Assembly (NCBI GenBank): GCA_028826165.1
Contig: JAPDFW010000096.1
Coordinates: 182,681-246,680, forward strand
Origin: Anaeramoeba ignava BMAN
Taxonomy: Eukaryota; Protista; Anaeramoebae
Reading direction: 5' to 3'
Length of the DNA stretch: 64,000 nucleotides
Part shown: one piece after another, positions 24,393-36,024 of the stretch
How the letters are laid out: the number at the start of each line of letters is the position of its first letter
How positions within the stretch are numbered: the first letter of the stretch is position 1
The notes under the pieces: generated by a model
What the model was told of the DNA's origin: nothing
The model's database searches: none
The model's input: the letters and a program-made list of their open reading frames with translations, nothing else
Made by a program: the position numbers and the translations under genes

Positions 24393-24846
24393 AATTCCAA
24401 AAAATCAAAAACCAATCAAAAAACAAAAATCAATTAAAAATTCAATTAAAAATCAAAAATCAATCAAAAATCAATCAAAAATCAATCAAAAATCAAAAAT
24501 CAAAAATCAATTAAAAATTAAAAAATCAAAAATCAAAAATCAATCAAAAATCAATCAAAAATCAAAAATCAAAAATCAAAAATTTGTCAATAAAAAGAGC
24601 GTAATTTTGGCGTTTTTTTTAGTCTTCAAGATTTTAAAAAAAAAAGAAAAGAAAGAAAAAAGAAAAAACAGAACCAAAAAAAAAATTCTAAAGTTGTAAG
24701 AAGAAACCATAAAAAAACCCCAAATTTGCAAGTCACACTCTTTCTGTAAAATCAATTGATTAAAGATTTAGGAATCAAAAAATCAAAAAATCAAAAAATC
24801 AAAAAATCAAAAAATAGAAAAATCAAAAAATCAAAAAAAGAAAGTT

Positions 24847-27800
24847 TCAGATATCAAACTTGCGATCAGGATCTTGTGCATCATCTGGATACATATCCAT
24901 TTCATTTTGAAAATTCATATCCGAATCTTGTGAGAAATAAGTAGAAATAATTTCAGAAGCTTTTTCATAAATTTCTTCATTTGGATGTTTTTGTAATTCT
25001 TCAATTTTTGGAACAACACCAAGTTCCTCAATTATAACTGCATATGCATTTTCAGGATCAGGTGATTCATCACCAACTTCAAGAATAGATTGAAGAGCAT
25101 CTAAACAAACACTTATTATATCAGCATTATTACTTGAAGTAAGAAGATTACAAATTGGTTCTATTGAATCAAGTTCAACAATATATCTAACAAAAGAAAA
25201 CAAAACAAAAAAAAAAGAAAGGATTAAAATTAGGATCATTTTTAAATTTGAAAATGAAAAGAAAACAAACCGAATTTGTTGAGATTTTGCTCCTGTAATT
25301 GCATTAGAAACTGTCCATGCTGCTTCTTTTTTAACTTCTAAATCATCATTCTTTAAAATGTTAATTACTTTTTCCATTAAATTTGGAACATCAAGAACTT
25401 GTTGTATTTGAGTTTCAATTCCAGCAGTTATATTAGAAAGAATCCAACAAATTTCTTTGCGAATAGCTTTTCGTGGATTATCTAAGAAAGTGCATAAATT
25501 TTCTAGTGGTTTATAATTAAGAACAAGTTCTGTTTGATTATCTGTTCCAGTAACAATATTTCCAATTGCTCTAAGAACAGGAGTTAAAAGTTTAAGGTTG
25601 TCACTCCTTTTTTAATTTTATAAATTAATTTTAATTTTAATTTTAATTTTAATTTTAATTTTAATTTTCAAAATGAATTTTAATTTTATAAATGAATTTT
25701 AATTTTAATTTTATAAATTAATTTTAATTTTAATTTTAATTTTAATTTTAATTTTAATTTTAATTTTAATTTTAATTTCAATTTTAATTTCAATTTTAAT
25801 TTTAATTTTAATTTTAATTTTAATTTTAATTTTAATTTTAATTTTAAATTTAATTTTAATTTTAATTTTAATTTCAATTTTAATTTTAATTTAAATTTAA
25901 ATTTTATAAATTAATTTTAATAATTTATAGAAATTAAACCTGAGTAAACTAATAAGTGTGGGTACAATTCCAGAGTTTACACATTCTTCAATTTCATCAT
26001 CATTTCCATTTGTAAGATATGATAATGCCCAGCATGAATCAATAACTGTATCTATATTACTACTATTAATTAATCTTTCTAAAAATGGAAGAGCTATCGA
26101 AACCTAAAAGAATTAATTTTAATTTTGATTTCATTTTTGATTTTTAAGATAAATTTAATTTGATTTCATTTTTGATTTCATTTTTGATTTTGATTTTAAA
26201 TATAATAATTACACTTTTAAAATCTGGTTTTGGTTTTCCACGAGAAAGATTAGAAATTGCCCAAGCAGAATTTTGAATAATTCCTTCATTTGTAGTTACT
26301 CTTAATATTGTAAGAATTTTTTCCATTGTTCCTAAATTAAGAAGTTCATCTCGATATTTAATTTGATCTCCTGCAATATTTCCAATTGCCCAAATTGACT
26401 TTTTAGAAATAAAATTTTATAAATAATTTTATAAATAATTTTATAAATAATTTTATAATTAATTTTATAAATAATTTTATAAATAATTTTATAAATAATT
26501 TTATAAATAATTTTATAAATAATTTTATAAATAATTTTATAAATAATTTTATATTTAATTTTATAAATAATTTAATAAATAATTTTATAAATAATTTTAT
26601 TAATTTTATAAATAATTTTATAAATAATTTTATAAATAATTTTATAAATAATTTTATAATTAATTTTATAAATAATTTTATATTTAATTTTATAAATAAT
26701 TTTATAAATAATTTTATAAATAATTTTATAAATAATTTTATAAATAATTTTATAAATAATTTTATAAATAATTTTATAATAATTTTATAATTAATTTTAT
26801 AAATAATTTTATAAATAATTTTATAATTAATTTTATAAATAATTTTATAATTAATTTTTAATTTTATATTTAAATAATTTTTAAATAATTTTATAAATAA
26901 TTTTATATTTAGTTTTATAAATAATTTTATAAATAATTTTATAAATAATTTTATAAATAATTTTATAATTAATTTTATAAATAATTTTATATTTAATTTT
27001 ATATTTAATTTTATAAATAATTTTATATATAATTTTATAAATAATTTAATAAATAATTTAATAATTAGTTTTATATTTAATTTTATAAATAATTTTATTA
27101 ATAATTTTATAATTAATTTTATAAATAATTTTATATATAATTTTATAAATAATTTTATAAATAATTTTATAATTAATTTTATATATAATTTAATAATTAA
27201 TTTTATATATAATTTAATAATTAATTTTATATTTAATTTTATAAATAATTTAATAAATAATTTTATTTTACTTGTTCTTGGACATCTTCATCAGAAGAAG
27301 AAAGTAAATTAACAAAAATTGGAATTGCACCTTCTTTTACAACAGTTTTTGTTTGTTCTTTTGTACCTGAAGCTATATTTGTTAAGATCCATGCAGCCTC
27401 AAACTAATTTTTTAAAAAAAAGTTTATTTTTTCAATTAATTTGGACTTAAATAAATTTTTCAAATTAATTTTTACTAAAATTTTTGGATCTTCTGAATGT
27501 TTTAATAATTGAACCAATCTTGGTGTTATTCCAATATCTACAATTTGTTTTATAGGTGGTTGGTTTTCAACAGAAATAAGTTTTCGTACTTTAACAAGTG
27601 CTAATTTTAAATCATTTTCATTATTTCCATTAATTGCTTGAGCATATTGTGGTAATAATTGTAACTATCAATCACAATTTTATTATTTAATTTTAATTAT
27701 AATATAAATTTTAATTTCAATTTTAATTTTGATATTAATTTTAATTTTAATTTTAATTTTAATTTTAATTTGAATTTTAATTTTAATTTTAATTTTAATT

Positions 27801-28858
27801 TTAATTTTAATTTTAATTTTAATTTTATAAATGAATTTTAATTTTAATTTTAATTTTAATTTTAATTTTAATTTTAATTTTAATTTTAATTTTAATTTTA
27901 ATTTTAATTTTAATTTTAATTTTAAATTTTAATTTTAATTTTAATTTTAAAAATTTTTTTTAATTTTAATTAATTTCAATTTTTAATTTCAAGTTTTTAA
28001 TTTTAATTTTAATTTTAATTTTAATTTTAATTTTAATTTTAATTTTGATTTTAATTTTAATTTTAATTTTAATTTTAATTTTAATTTTAATTTTAATTTT
28101 AATTTTGAATTTCAAATTTTAATTTTAATTTTAATTTTAATTTTAATTTTAATTTTAATTTTAATTTTAATTTTAATTTTAATTTTAATTTTAATTTTAA
28201 TTTTAATTTTAATTTTTAATTTTAATTTCAAAATTATAATTTTAAAATTTTAATTTTTAATTTTAATTTCAAATTTTAATTTTAATTTTAAATTTTAATT
28301 TTAATTTTAATTTTAATTTTAATTTTAATTTTAATTTTAATTTTAATTTTTAATTTTAATTTTAATTTTTAAATTTTAATTTTAATTTTAATTTTAATTT
28401 TAATTTTAATTTTAAATTTTCAAATAAATTTTAATTTTATAAATGAATTTTAATTTTAATTTTAATTTTAAATTTAATTTTAATTTTAATTTTAAATTTA
28501 ATTTTAATTTTAATTTTAATTTTAATTTTAATTTTTAATTTCAAATTTAATTTTAATTTTATAATTGAATTTTAATATAAATATAAATTCGAAATTGAAA
28601 TTATTCGAATTTGGATTGAGATCTAAAAAAGTGATATATAAATACATGTTGATCAATAAATTCTTGATCATCAATGTCATCTGAATCACTAGATTCGTCT
28701 TTTCTAGAATGAAAAAATCTTTTTTTCATAAGTTGTTGTTCTCTTTTATCTTTACTTATCTGAATTGACATTTGCAATCTTTTTGTTCTAGATTCTGAAA
28801 AATCTATTTTTTTTTTATAATTTCCTTTTCTTCTTGAAATTCTTTGTATATAACTCAT
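24847..28858 (-). CDS. KPNA: Importin-alpha; exons 28858-28646, 27664-27476, 27403-27272, 26398-26213, 26103-25940, 25606-25271, 25186-24847
   Basis: IBB domain ([12 protein letters not shown]); ARM motifs [57 protein letters not shown]; all splice joins in frame. Confidence 0.95.
26415..27265. repeat. 12-bp satellite (TTTTATAAATAA)n in importin-alpha intron 26399-27271
   Basis: Same unit as the 18347-20475 array. Confidence 0.93.
27690..28570. repeat. (TTTTAA)n in importin-alpha intron 27665-28645
   Basis: Hexamer array. Confidence 0.92.
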
Positions 28859-29193
28859 TTTATTTATGTTTTTGTTTTTATTTTTGATGTTTTTATTTTG
28901 ATGTTTTTATGTTTATGTTTTTATGTTTTTGTTTTTTTTGTTTTTGAAATGTAAAAAAAAAAATTTGAAAAGAAAAAAAATGAAAAAAAGGATTTTGAAT
29001 TTAATTTAATTAATTTTTTTATTTTTTTTTTATTAAAATAAAAAGGAAAAAAACAAAAGGAGAAAAAAAAATTTTTTTTATTTTTTTTAAATTAATTAAT
29101 AAAAAAGAAAAGGAGAAAAATAATTTTATTTTTTATTTTTTATTTTTTATTTTTATTTTTCATTTTTTTCTTTTCAAATTTTGTTATTCTTAA

Positions 29194-32140
29194 ATGGTAA
29201 ATAAAATAAAATAAAATAAAATAAAATAAATAAAATAAGCAAATTTTTTTTTATATTTTTTTTTGAAAATGAAAAAAACTAACCAAATAATTGCGCATAA
29301 ATTTAATATGTCCTCAAATAATAGGCACAAAAACCAAAAGATATTCCACTTGATGAAAGACCAGATGATGATGGATTTAAAGCACCTCCAAAAGTTGCTA
29401 CAACTGAATTAATTGACAAAGATAAAGATGATGAAAGTTTAAACAAATGGAAATCTTCTTTGCTTGGAAATGTTAAGTTGGATGAAGATCGTAAATTTTG
29501 CTTTCTTTTCTTCTTTCCTTTCTTTTTTTTTGCTTCCTTTGTTTTCACTTTACAAATTACAAACTACAAAATATAAAATACAAATAATAAATTAAATTAT
29601 AAATTAAATTATAAATAAAATTATAAATAAATTATAAATAAAATAATAAATAAAATAATAAACTAAATAATAAATAAAATTATAAATTAAATTATAAATA
29701 AAATAAATAAAATTATAAATTAAATTATAAATAAAATTATAAATAAAATTATAAATAAAATTATAAATAAAATTATAAATAAAATTATAAATAAAATTAT
29801 AAATAAAATTATAAATAAAATTATAAATAAAATTATAAATAAAATTATAAATAAAATTATAAATAAAATTATAAATAAAATTATAAATAAAATTATAAAA
29901 TTAAATTATAAATTAAATTATAAAATTAAATTATAAATTTCAAATTATAAAAATAAAAAAATTATAAATTAAATTATAAATTAAAATTATAAATAAAATT
30001 ATAAAATAAAATTATAAATTAAATTATAAATAAAATTATAAATAAATTATAAATAAAAATTATAAATAAAATTATAAATAAAATTATAAATTAAAAATAA
30101 ATAAAATTATAAATTAAATTATAAATAAAATTATAAATTAAATTATAAATTAAATTATAAATTAAATTATAAATTAAATTATAAAATAAAATTATAAATT
30201 AAAATTATAAATAAAATTATAAATTAAAATTATAAAATAAAAAATATAAAAAAAAATTAAAAATTAAATTATAAATTAAAATTATAAATTAAATTATAAA
30301 TTAAATTATAAATTAAATTATAAATTAAATTATAAATTAAATTATAAATTAAATTATAAATAAATTATAAATAAAATATAAATTAAATTAAATAAATTAA
30401 ATTATAAATTAAATTATAAATTAAATTATAAATAAAATTATAAAATTAAATTATAAATAAAAATTATAAAATAAAATTATAAAATAAAATTATAAATAAA
30501 AATTATAAATAAAATTATAAATAAAATTATAAATAAAATTATAAATTAAATTATAAATTAAATTATAAATTAAATTATAAATTAAATTATAAATTAAATT
30601 ATAAATAAAATTATAAATAAAATTATAAATAAAATTATAAATAAAATTATAAATTAAATAATAAATAAAATTATAAATAAAATTATAAATTAAATTATAA
30701 ATTAAATTATAAATTAAATTATAAATTAAATTATAAATTAAATTATAAATAAAATTATAAATTAAATTATAAATAAAATTATAAATTAAATAATAAATTA
30801 AATTATAAATTAAATTATAAATTAAACAGCAAATCTTCCACATGTTTCAATTATGGAATTAAGAGTTTTAATACCAGGAAGAGATGATATTGTTCTTCAT
30901 CTTGATAAAAAAGAAGAAATTGAAAAATTACCAAAAAATCCATTCGTTTTAAAAGAAGGAACATCATATCGTTTCCAACTCAGATTTAAAGTAAGAAGAG
31001 AAATTGTTGTTGGATTAAAAAGCATGACTTTTGTTTACAAAAAAGGAATTCGAGGTAAATTATAAATTAATAATTTTAATAATAATTTTATTAATAATTT
31101 TAATAATAATTTTTATAATAATTTTAATAATAATTTTATAAATAATTTTAATAATAATTTTATAAATAATTTTAATAATAATTTTATAAATAATTTTATT
31201 AATAATTTTATAAATAATTTTATTAATAATTTAAATAATAATTTTATTAATAATTTTATAATATTTTTAATAATATTTTTATTAATAATTTTATAATAAT
31301 TTAATTAATAATTTTAATAATAATTTTATTAATAATTTTATAACAATTTTATTAATAATTTTATTAATAATTTTAATAATAATTTTAATAATAATTTTAA
31401 TAATAATTATAATAATTTTAATAATAATTTAATAATAAATTTAAGAATAATTTTAATAATAATTTTATAATAATTTAATTAATAATTTTTATTAATAATT
31501 TTTATAATAATTTAATTAATAATTTTATTAATAATTTTATAATAATTTAATTAATAATTTTATTAATAATTTTATTAATAATTTTATAATAATTTTATTA
31601 ATAATTTTATTAATAATTTTTATAATAATTTTAATAATAATTTTATAAATAATTTTAATAATAATTTTATAAATAATTTTAATAATAATTTTATAAATAA
31701 TTTTATTAATAATTTTATTAATAATTTTATAAATAATTTTAATAATAATTTTAATAATAATTTTATAAATAATTTTATAAATAATTTTAATAATAATTTA
31801 ATTAATAATTTTTATAATAATTTTATTAATAATTTTAAATTGATTCTTTTTTTTAAGTTGATAAATCTGAACAAATGATTGGTTCTTATGGTCCACAACA
31901 AGACTTACATAGTTTTACTTATCCTGAAGACACAGCACCAACAGGAATGCTTGCTCGTGGTCATTACAAAGCAAAATCAAGAGTAAAACTTTATTTTTAA
32001 ATTGAAAAAAATTTCTTTTGTTTTATTTATTTATTTATTTATTTTATTAGTTCATTGATGATGATCTTACAAATCATTTAGAGTTCAGATACACATTTGA
32101 TATCAGAAAGAAATGGCCTGAAGAAGAGAAAAAGAAATAA
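29194..32140 (+). CDS. ARHGDI: Rho GDP-dissociation inhibitor; exons 29194-29196 (ATG only), 29325-29490, 30830-31054, 31858-31982, 32051-32140
   Basis: DKDDESLNKWKSSLLG, FVLKEG..Y, EIVVGLK, MIGSYGP, APTGMLARGHY, FIDDD. Confidence 0.95.
29570..30825. repeat. 12-bp satellite (TTATAAATWAAA)n in RhoGDI intron 29491-30829
   Basis: Continuous array; source of the spurious IYNL/IYNF ORF. Confidence 0.92.
31070..31840. repeat. 12-bp satellite (TTTTAWTAATAA)n in RhoGDI intron 31055-31857
   Basis: Continuous array. Confidence 0.9.
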
Positions 32141-32275
32141 ATAACAAAAATTTTTTCAATTCAATTAAAACAAATTTCTTTCAATTTTCAATTTTCTTTT
32201 TACTTTTTTTTCCTCTTTTAATTTCAACTCATTTTTTCAATGAGTTTTTACTTTTACTTTTTTTTTGTTCCGTTT

Positions 32276-32308
<33 letters not shown>

Positions 32309-32352
32309 TTCCATAATTAAAATCTCATTCCAAAAATTTAATTTGATTTTTT

Positions 32353-35300
32353 TTATTTAAATTGATTTTTAATTGATTTTTGAATAAATTTAGAATAAAC
32401 TGAAATAACTTCATTTGTAATTTTAGGATAATTCATTCCTTTTGGAAGTAAACTTTGTAAATTTTTAGATTCAAAAAATAAAGAATCAGGTAAAAAATCT
32501 TGTTGGAAAAAAACAATAAAAGGTCGAAGTGGATGTTTTTCATCTTCAATTTGTAATAATTTCCTACGAAATTGAAAAAGTGGAATTTTCTTGATTTGGA
32601 AGTTGTCATTTTTAATCAAACAATCCAAAACGAACCAAAGTGAAGATTCAAATGGATTTGATAAATGAAAAGCAGAAAAAGAAAACAATTTATTAGAAGG
32701 GTTTTTTAAAGTGATCTCGCAAACAGCTTTTGCACAAAAATCAACAGGAACAAGATTCAGTTTCATATCTTCGTCGGGTGCATAGCCCAAAAGCGCAAAT
32801 CCAGTGATAAGCATATTATTCATATCTTTTGGATTTAAAAAACCAGTTAAAGTGGAACAAAATACACTTGCAGGTCGCCAAATTGTGATCATTGGATTGT
32901 AAGCTTTTTTGAATTGATTAACCAAATTCTCAGCAACCCATTTTGACTGTGTATATCCTTGTTGCCCGTTTGGCACATCTTCAAAGGGGTTTGTGTCCTC
33001 ATTGAGCATTTTTTGTTTCTTACTTCTTGAGTATAAATACGAACTAAAAAAAACAGAAACAGTCGAAAAATAATGTATTGGAGTTTTTTGCTCAGGAATA
33101 AGCGAAAGTTTAAGCACTTCAATTGTCCCTAGAACATTTGGCGCGCGTAGAATGGAATAGGGCAGGAATGAATCCACTAATGCTCCACTGTGAAAAATAA
33201 CATCAATTTGATTTCCCAATTCAAAAAATTTTGCTTTTGCTAGTCCAAAATTTGGAAGAGAAAGATCGCCTGGAATAATGCTAATTTTTTCTTCATAATC
33301 CTTCATTAGTGGTGATTCTAATCCCGCAGTTTCCAAAAGCCCTCTCACTCGATCCAGTCCGCTTTCCTCATCCTTGCAACGAATAAGACAAGCAACACTC
33401 TTCACAAAATCTAATTGCACAAATTCCCAAAGGAGATGGATCCCAATAAACCCTGTGCATCCTGTTAGGAATATTCGCTCGTTTTTGAGATGTTTACTGA
33501 TCTCGCTCAATTTTTTGTCAGAATCAATATAAGCAGAAAGATCAGTTTCTTTTGACCAATCAATTTGTTCATTTTTTTGGAATCCCGAATACAAATCCGG
33601 ATTGCAAATGAACGTGATCAGATCTTCAAGAGGTTTGTAAAGAAGATTTTGAGGGAGATCAATGTGATATTTATTGCTTATTGTGGATCTAAGACGTATT
33701 ACACTTAAGGAATCTGCGCCTTGATCATAAAAGGAAAGATTGGGTAAAATTTCTTGAACAGAAAGAATAGATTTGATCACGGAAGTCACTTCTTTTCGGA
33801 TTTTTAATGATGGGTCAATGAAATTTGATTGATTTTCCGTATTTTCGTGATTTGAATTGAAATCCAAATTAAATGATAAAGGATTTGATTCAAGATCTTT
33901 GTACATCTTGTCGATAATTTCCTTGTAATAACGCTCAATATTGGGTCTATTGACTTTCAAAGAAGGAGTCAAAAGCCCATTTTCGATTGAAAATAAAGTG
34001 GTTGAGTCAATGTGAACTGCTCGTGGGATTTCATAAGGTTGAAGTTTTTTTTGCTGAGCCAACTCTCTAAAAATTTTCTGACAAGCAAAAAAATCCACTT
34101 TATTTTGCCTTCCAACTTCGGACAAAATTACAACTGAAACGACATAATCTTTTCCTGGAGAAGCATGAATATAAACATAATTAAAAAAAGGAGAATCAGA
34201 AAAAACAGACTCTAAATAAGTTGGACTAACAAAGGTTGCTTGAGCCAATTTGACAATGTTTTTTTTTCTGTCTATCAGAACAAAACGCTTTGCAGAAACA
34301 CGGCGACCAATGTCTCCAGTGCGGAAATAGCCATCAGAAGTAAATGCCTTCTTTGTTTCTTCTGGGTTATTGAAATAGGAGTCGATCATGTTCTTTGTTT
34401 TGACACAAATTTCTCCCGTTTCCTTCCCATCATAACCGAGTTCCTCACAAGGCTCCAACTTGACTTCAACATCATCATAAAGCTCAGTATCGCCAGCAAT
34501 ATCGCCGGCCTCAGTTGTACCAAAAGAGTCTGTAAAGAGACTCTGGTCAAAAGTTTTCTTGAGAAAGTCCTTCGTTATCTGGCTCAACATCGCTCCACCA
34601 CTAATAATCATTTTCACTCTTGATCCTAATTTTTTCGAAAATTTTTTCCTCAATTCATTTTCAATTTGTGATTTTTCTTGATCAGAAGAAACATTTTTTG
34701 CCAGTCCAAATAATTCATTTTCAAACTCAATCCGAATAACATCAAAAATGCGAGGTGGAGCAGAAAAAGAGATGGGATTTGTGATCTGTAAATCCTCGAA
34801 AAGATGATCCACACCACGTGATATTGCTACTCGTCCTCCCATAAACGGAACCGTAATGCCTGATGCGCGATCCATCATCTGTGAAAGTGATGAAAATGCG
34901 AGAATAACAATTGGCTTGAAAAAATCTTTATGGCTGTCGAATTTCTGGCTCCACATCTCGTTTGTGAAAACTGCACCTTTTGGAGATCCTGTTGAACCAG
35001 AAGTGAAAACGATTGTGAAAATTTTTTTTGGATCGCGGATTATTGGTTCGAATTGATCGAAAAAAAGATTTATTTTCTCAACAAAAAACGGTTTTTTCAC
35101 TTTTTCGATTTGGTAAATTAAATTGTTTTTTTCAAGTTGATTTGTTTCGTTTTTGAGTTTCTGTTTCAAAATGCGGATTTTCTTGCGAATTTTTTCTGGA
35201 TAAATTGGATTGATTCCAATTTCTGATTTTTCATCAAAAGAAGCAATTTTGAATTTGATATCAATTTTCTCTTTTTCGAAAAAAAGCAGAATATCATTGA

Positions 35301-35877
35301 AACGGGGAATCAAACTTTCCTCAGTGACTACAAGAATAGGATGGGTTTGTTGAATGATTTGAATGATTTTTTCATTGGAAGAAGTATGATGAATAGGAAC
35401 AGTAGAAAGACCAAGTAAAACACAAGCGAAATCTGAAATATACCATTGGAGACAACTTCGACCACAAATAACAACAAAAACATTTTCTGAAGATTCGCTT
35501 GGCAAAGATTCACCGCACAATTTTTGGAAAAGACTCACAGTTGTCAATATTCTAAAGAAAACTTCTCGAAAACTTATCCAACTTAAATTCCCCTTTTTAT
35601 TGAAAATTCCAAAACATTGACGAGTTGAATATTCTTGAAAAATTGCCACATAACAATTTGATAGTGATTTTTTTGCTCTTAAAATGATATTTTCTTGATG
35701 TGTATAATCGTGATATCTGTCTTTATACATTATATGATTATGACCAGTTTTTTTAAAGCATTCGGGACATAAATCAAAATTTTCACATTCAGAACAATGA
35801 TATCTTAATTGTCCTTCTTCTATTTCTTTTCTACATAAATCACAAAACCAAAAAAATTGAGTTTTTGAAAAATCCAT
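32353..35877 (-). CDS. Carboxylic acid reductase-like NRPS-like enzyme: ZZ zinc finger + adenylation + carrier (PCP) + thioester reductase domains; intronless
   Basis: ZZ CDLC...RYHCSECENFDLCPEC...H.H; A domain FTSGSTGSPKG, FGTTEAG, FRTGDIG, DRKKNIVKLAQ, NGLLTPSLK; PCP QGADSL (Ser723); R domain LTGCTGFIG, GDLS.PNFGL, NVLGT, GYTQSKWVAE. Confidence 0.92.
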   Translation of the reverse strand: MDFSKTQFFWFCDLCRKEIEEGQLRYHCSECENFDLCPECFKKTGHNHIMYKDRYHDYTHQENIILRAKKSLSNCYVAIFQEYSTRQCFGIFNKKGNLSWISFREVFFRILTTVSLFQKLCGESLPSESSENVFVVICGRSCLQWYISDFACVLLGLSTVPIHHTSSNEKIIQIIQQTHPILVVTEESLIPRFNDILLFFEKEKIDIKFKIASFDEKSEIGINPIYPEKIRKKIRILKQKLKNETNQLEKNNLIYQIEKVKKPFFVEKINLFFDQFEPIIRDPKKIFTIVFTSGSTGSPKGAVFTNEMWSQKFDSHKDFFKPIVILAFSSLSQMMDRASGITVPFMGGRVAISRGVDHLFEDLQITNPISFSAPPRIFDVIRIEFENELFGLAKNVSSDQEKSQIENELRKKFSKKLGSRVKMIISGGAMLSQITKDFLKKTFDQSLFTDSFGTTEAGDIAGDTELYDDVEVKLEPCEELGYDGKETGEICVKTKNMIDSYFNNPEETKKAFTSDGYFRTGDIGRRVSAKRFVLIDRKKNIVKLAQATFVSPTYLESVFSDSPFFNYVYIHASPGKDYVVSVVILSEVGRQNKVDFFACQKIFRELAQQKKLQPYEIPRAVHIDSTTLFSIENGLLTPSLKVNRPNIERYYKEIIDKMYKDLESNPLSFNLDFNSNHENTENQSNFIDPSLKIRKEVTSVIKSILSVQEILPNLSFYDQGADSLSVIRLRSTISNKYHIDLPQNLLYKPLEDLITFICNPDLYSGFQKNEQIDWSKETDLSAYIDSDKKLSEISKHLKNERIFLTGCTGFIGIHLLWEFVQLDFVKSVACLIRCKDEESGLDRVRGLLETAGLESPLMKDYEEKISIIPGDLSLPNFGLAKAKFFELGNQIDVIFHSGALVDSFLPYSILRAPNVLGTIEVLKLSLIPEQKTPIHYFSTVSVFFSSYLYSRSKKQKMLNEDTNPFEDVPNGQQGYTQSKWVAENLVNQFKKAYNPMITIWRPASVFCSTLTGFLNPKDMNNMLITGFALLGYAPDEDMKLNLVPVDFCAKAVCEITLKNPSNKLFSFSAFHLSNPFESSLWFVLDCLIKNDNFQIKKIPLFQFRRKLLQIEDEKHPLRPFIVFFQQDFLPDSLFFESKNLQSLLPKGMNYPKITNEVISVYSKFIQKSIKNQFK

Positions 35878-36024
35878 AAAATAAAATTTTTTTTTTGATT
35901 TGATTTGAATTTTTTGAAAGAAGAGAAAAATGGAAATTAAAAAATGAAAATTGAAAAAAGGGAAAAAAAAATAATTTGTTTTTTAAATTTTTTAAAATTT
36001 TTAAAATTAATTTTTTAAAATCTT

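Noticed and set aside
32353-35877. Higher GC and lack of introns as proof of recent bacterial transfer or contamination
   Set aside because: Other long exons of clearly eukaryotic genes show the same GC rise, the gene has a eukaryotic ZZ domain and host-like flanks; phylogeny is required
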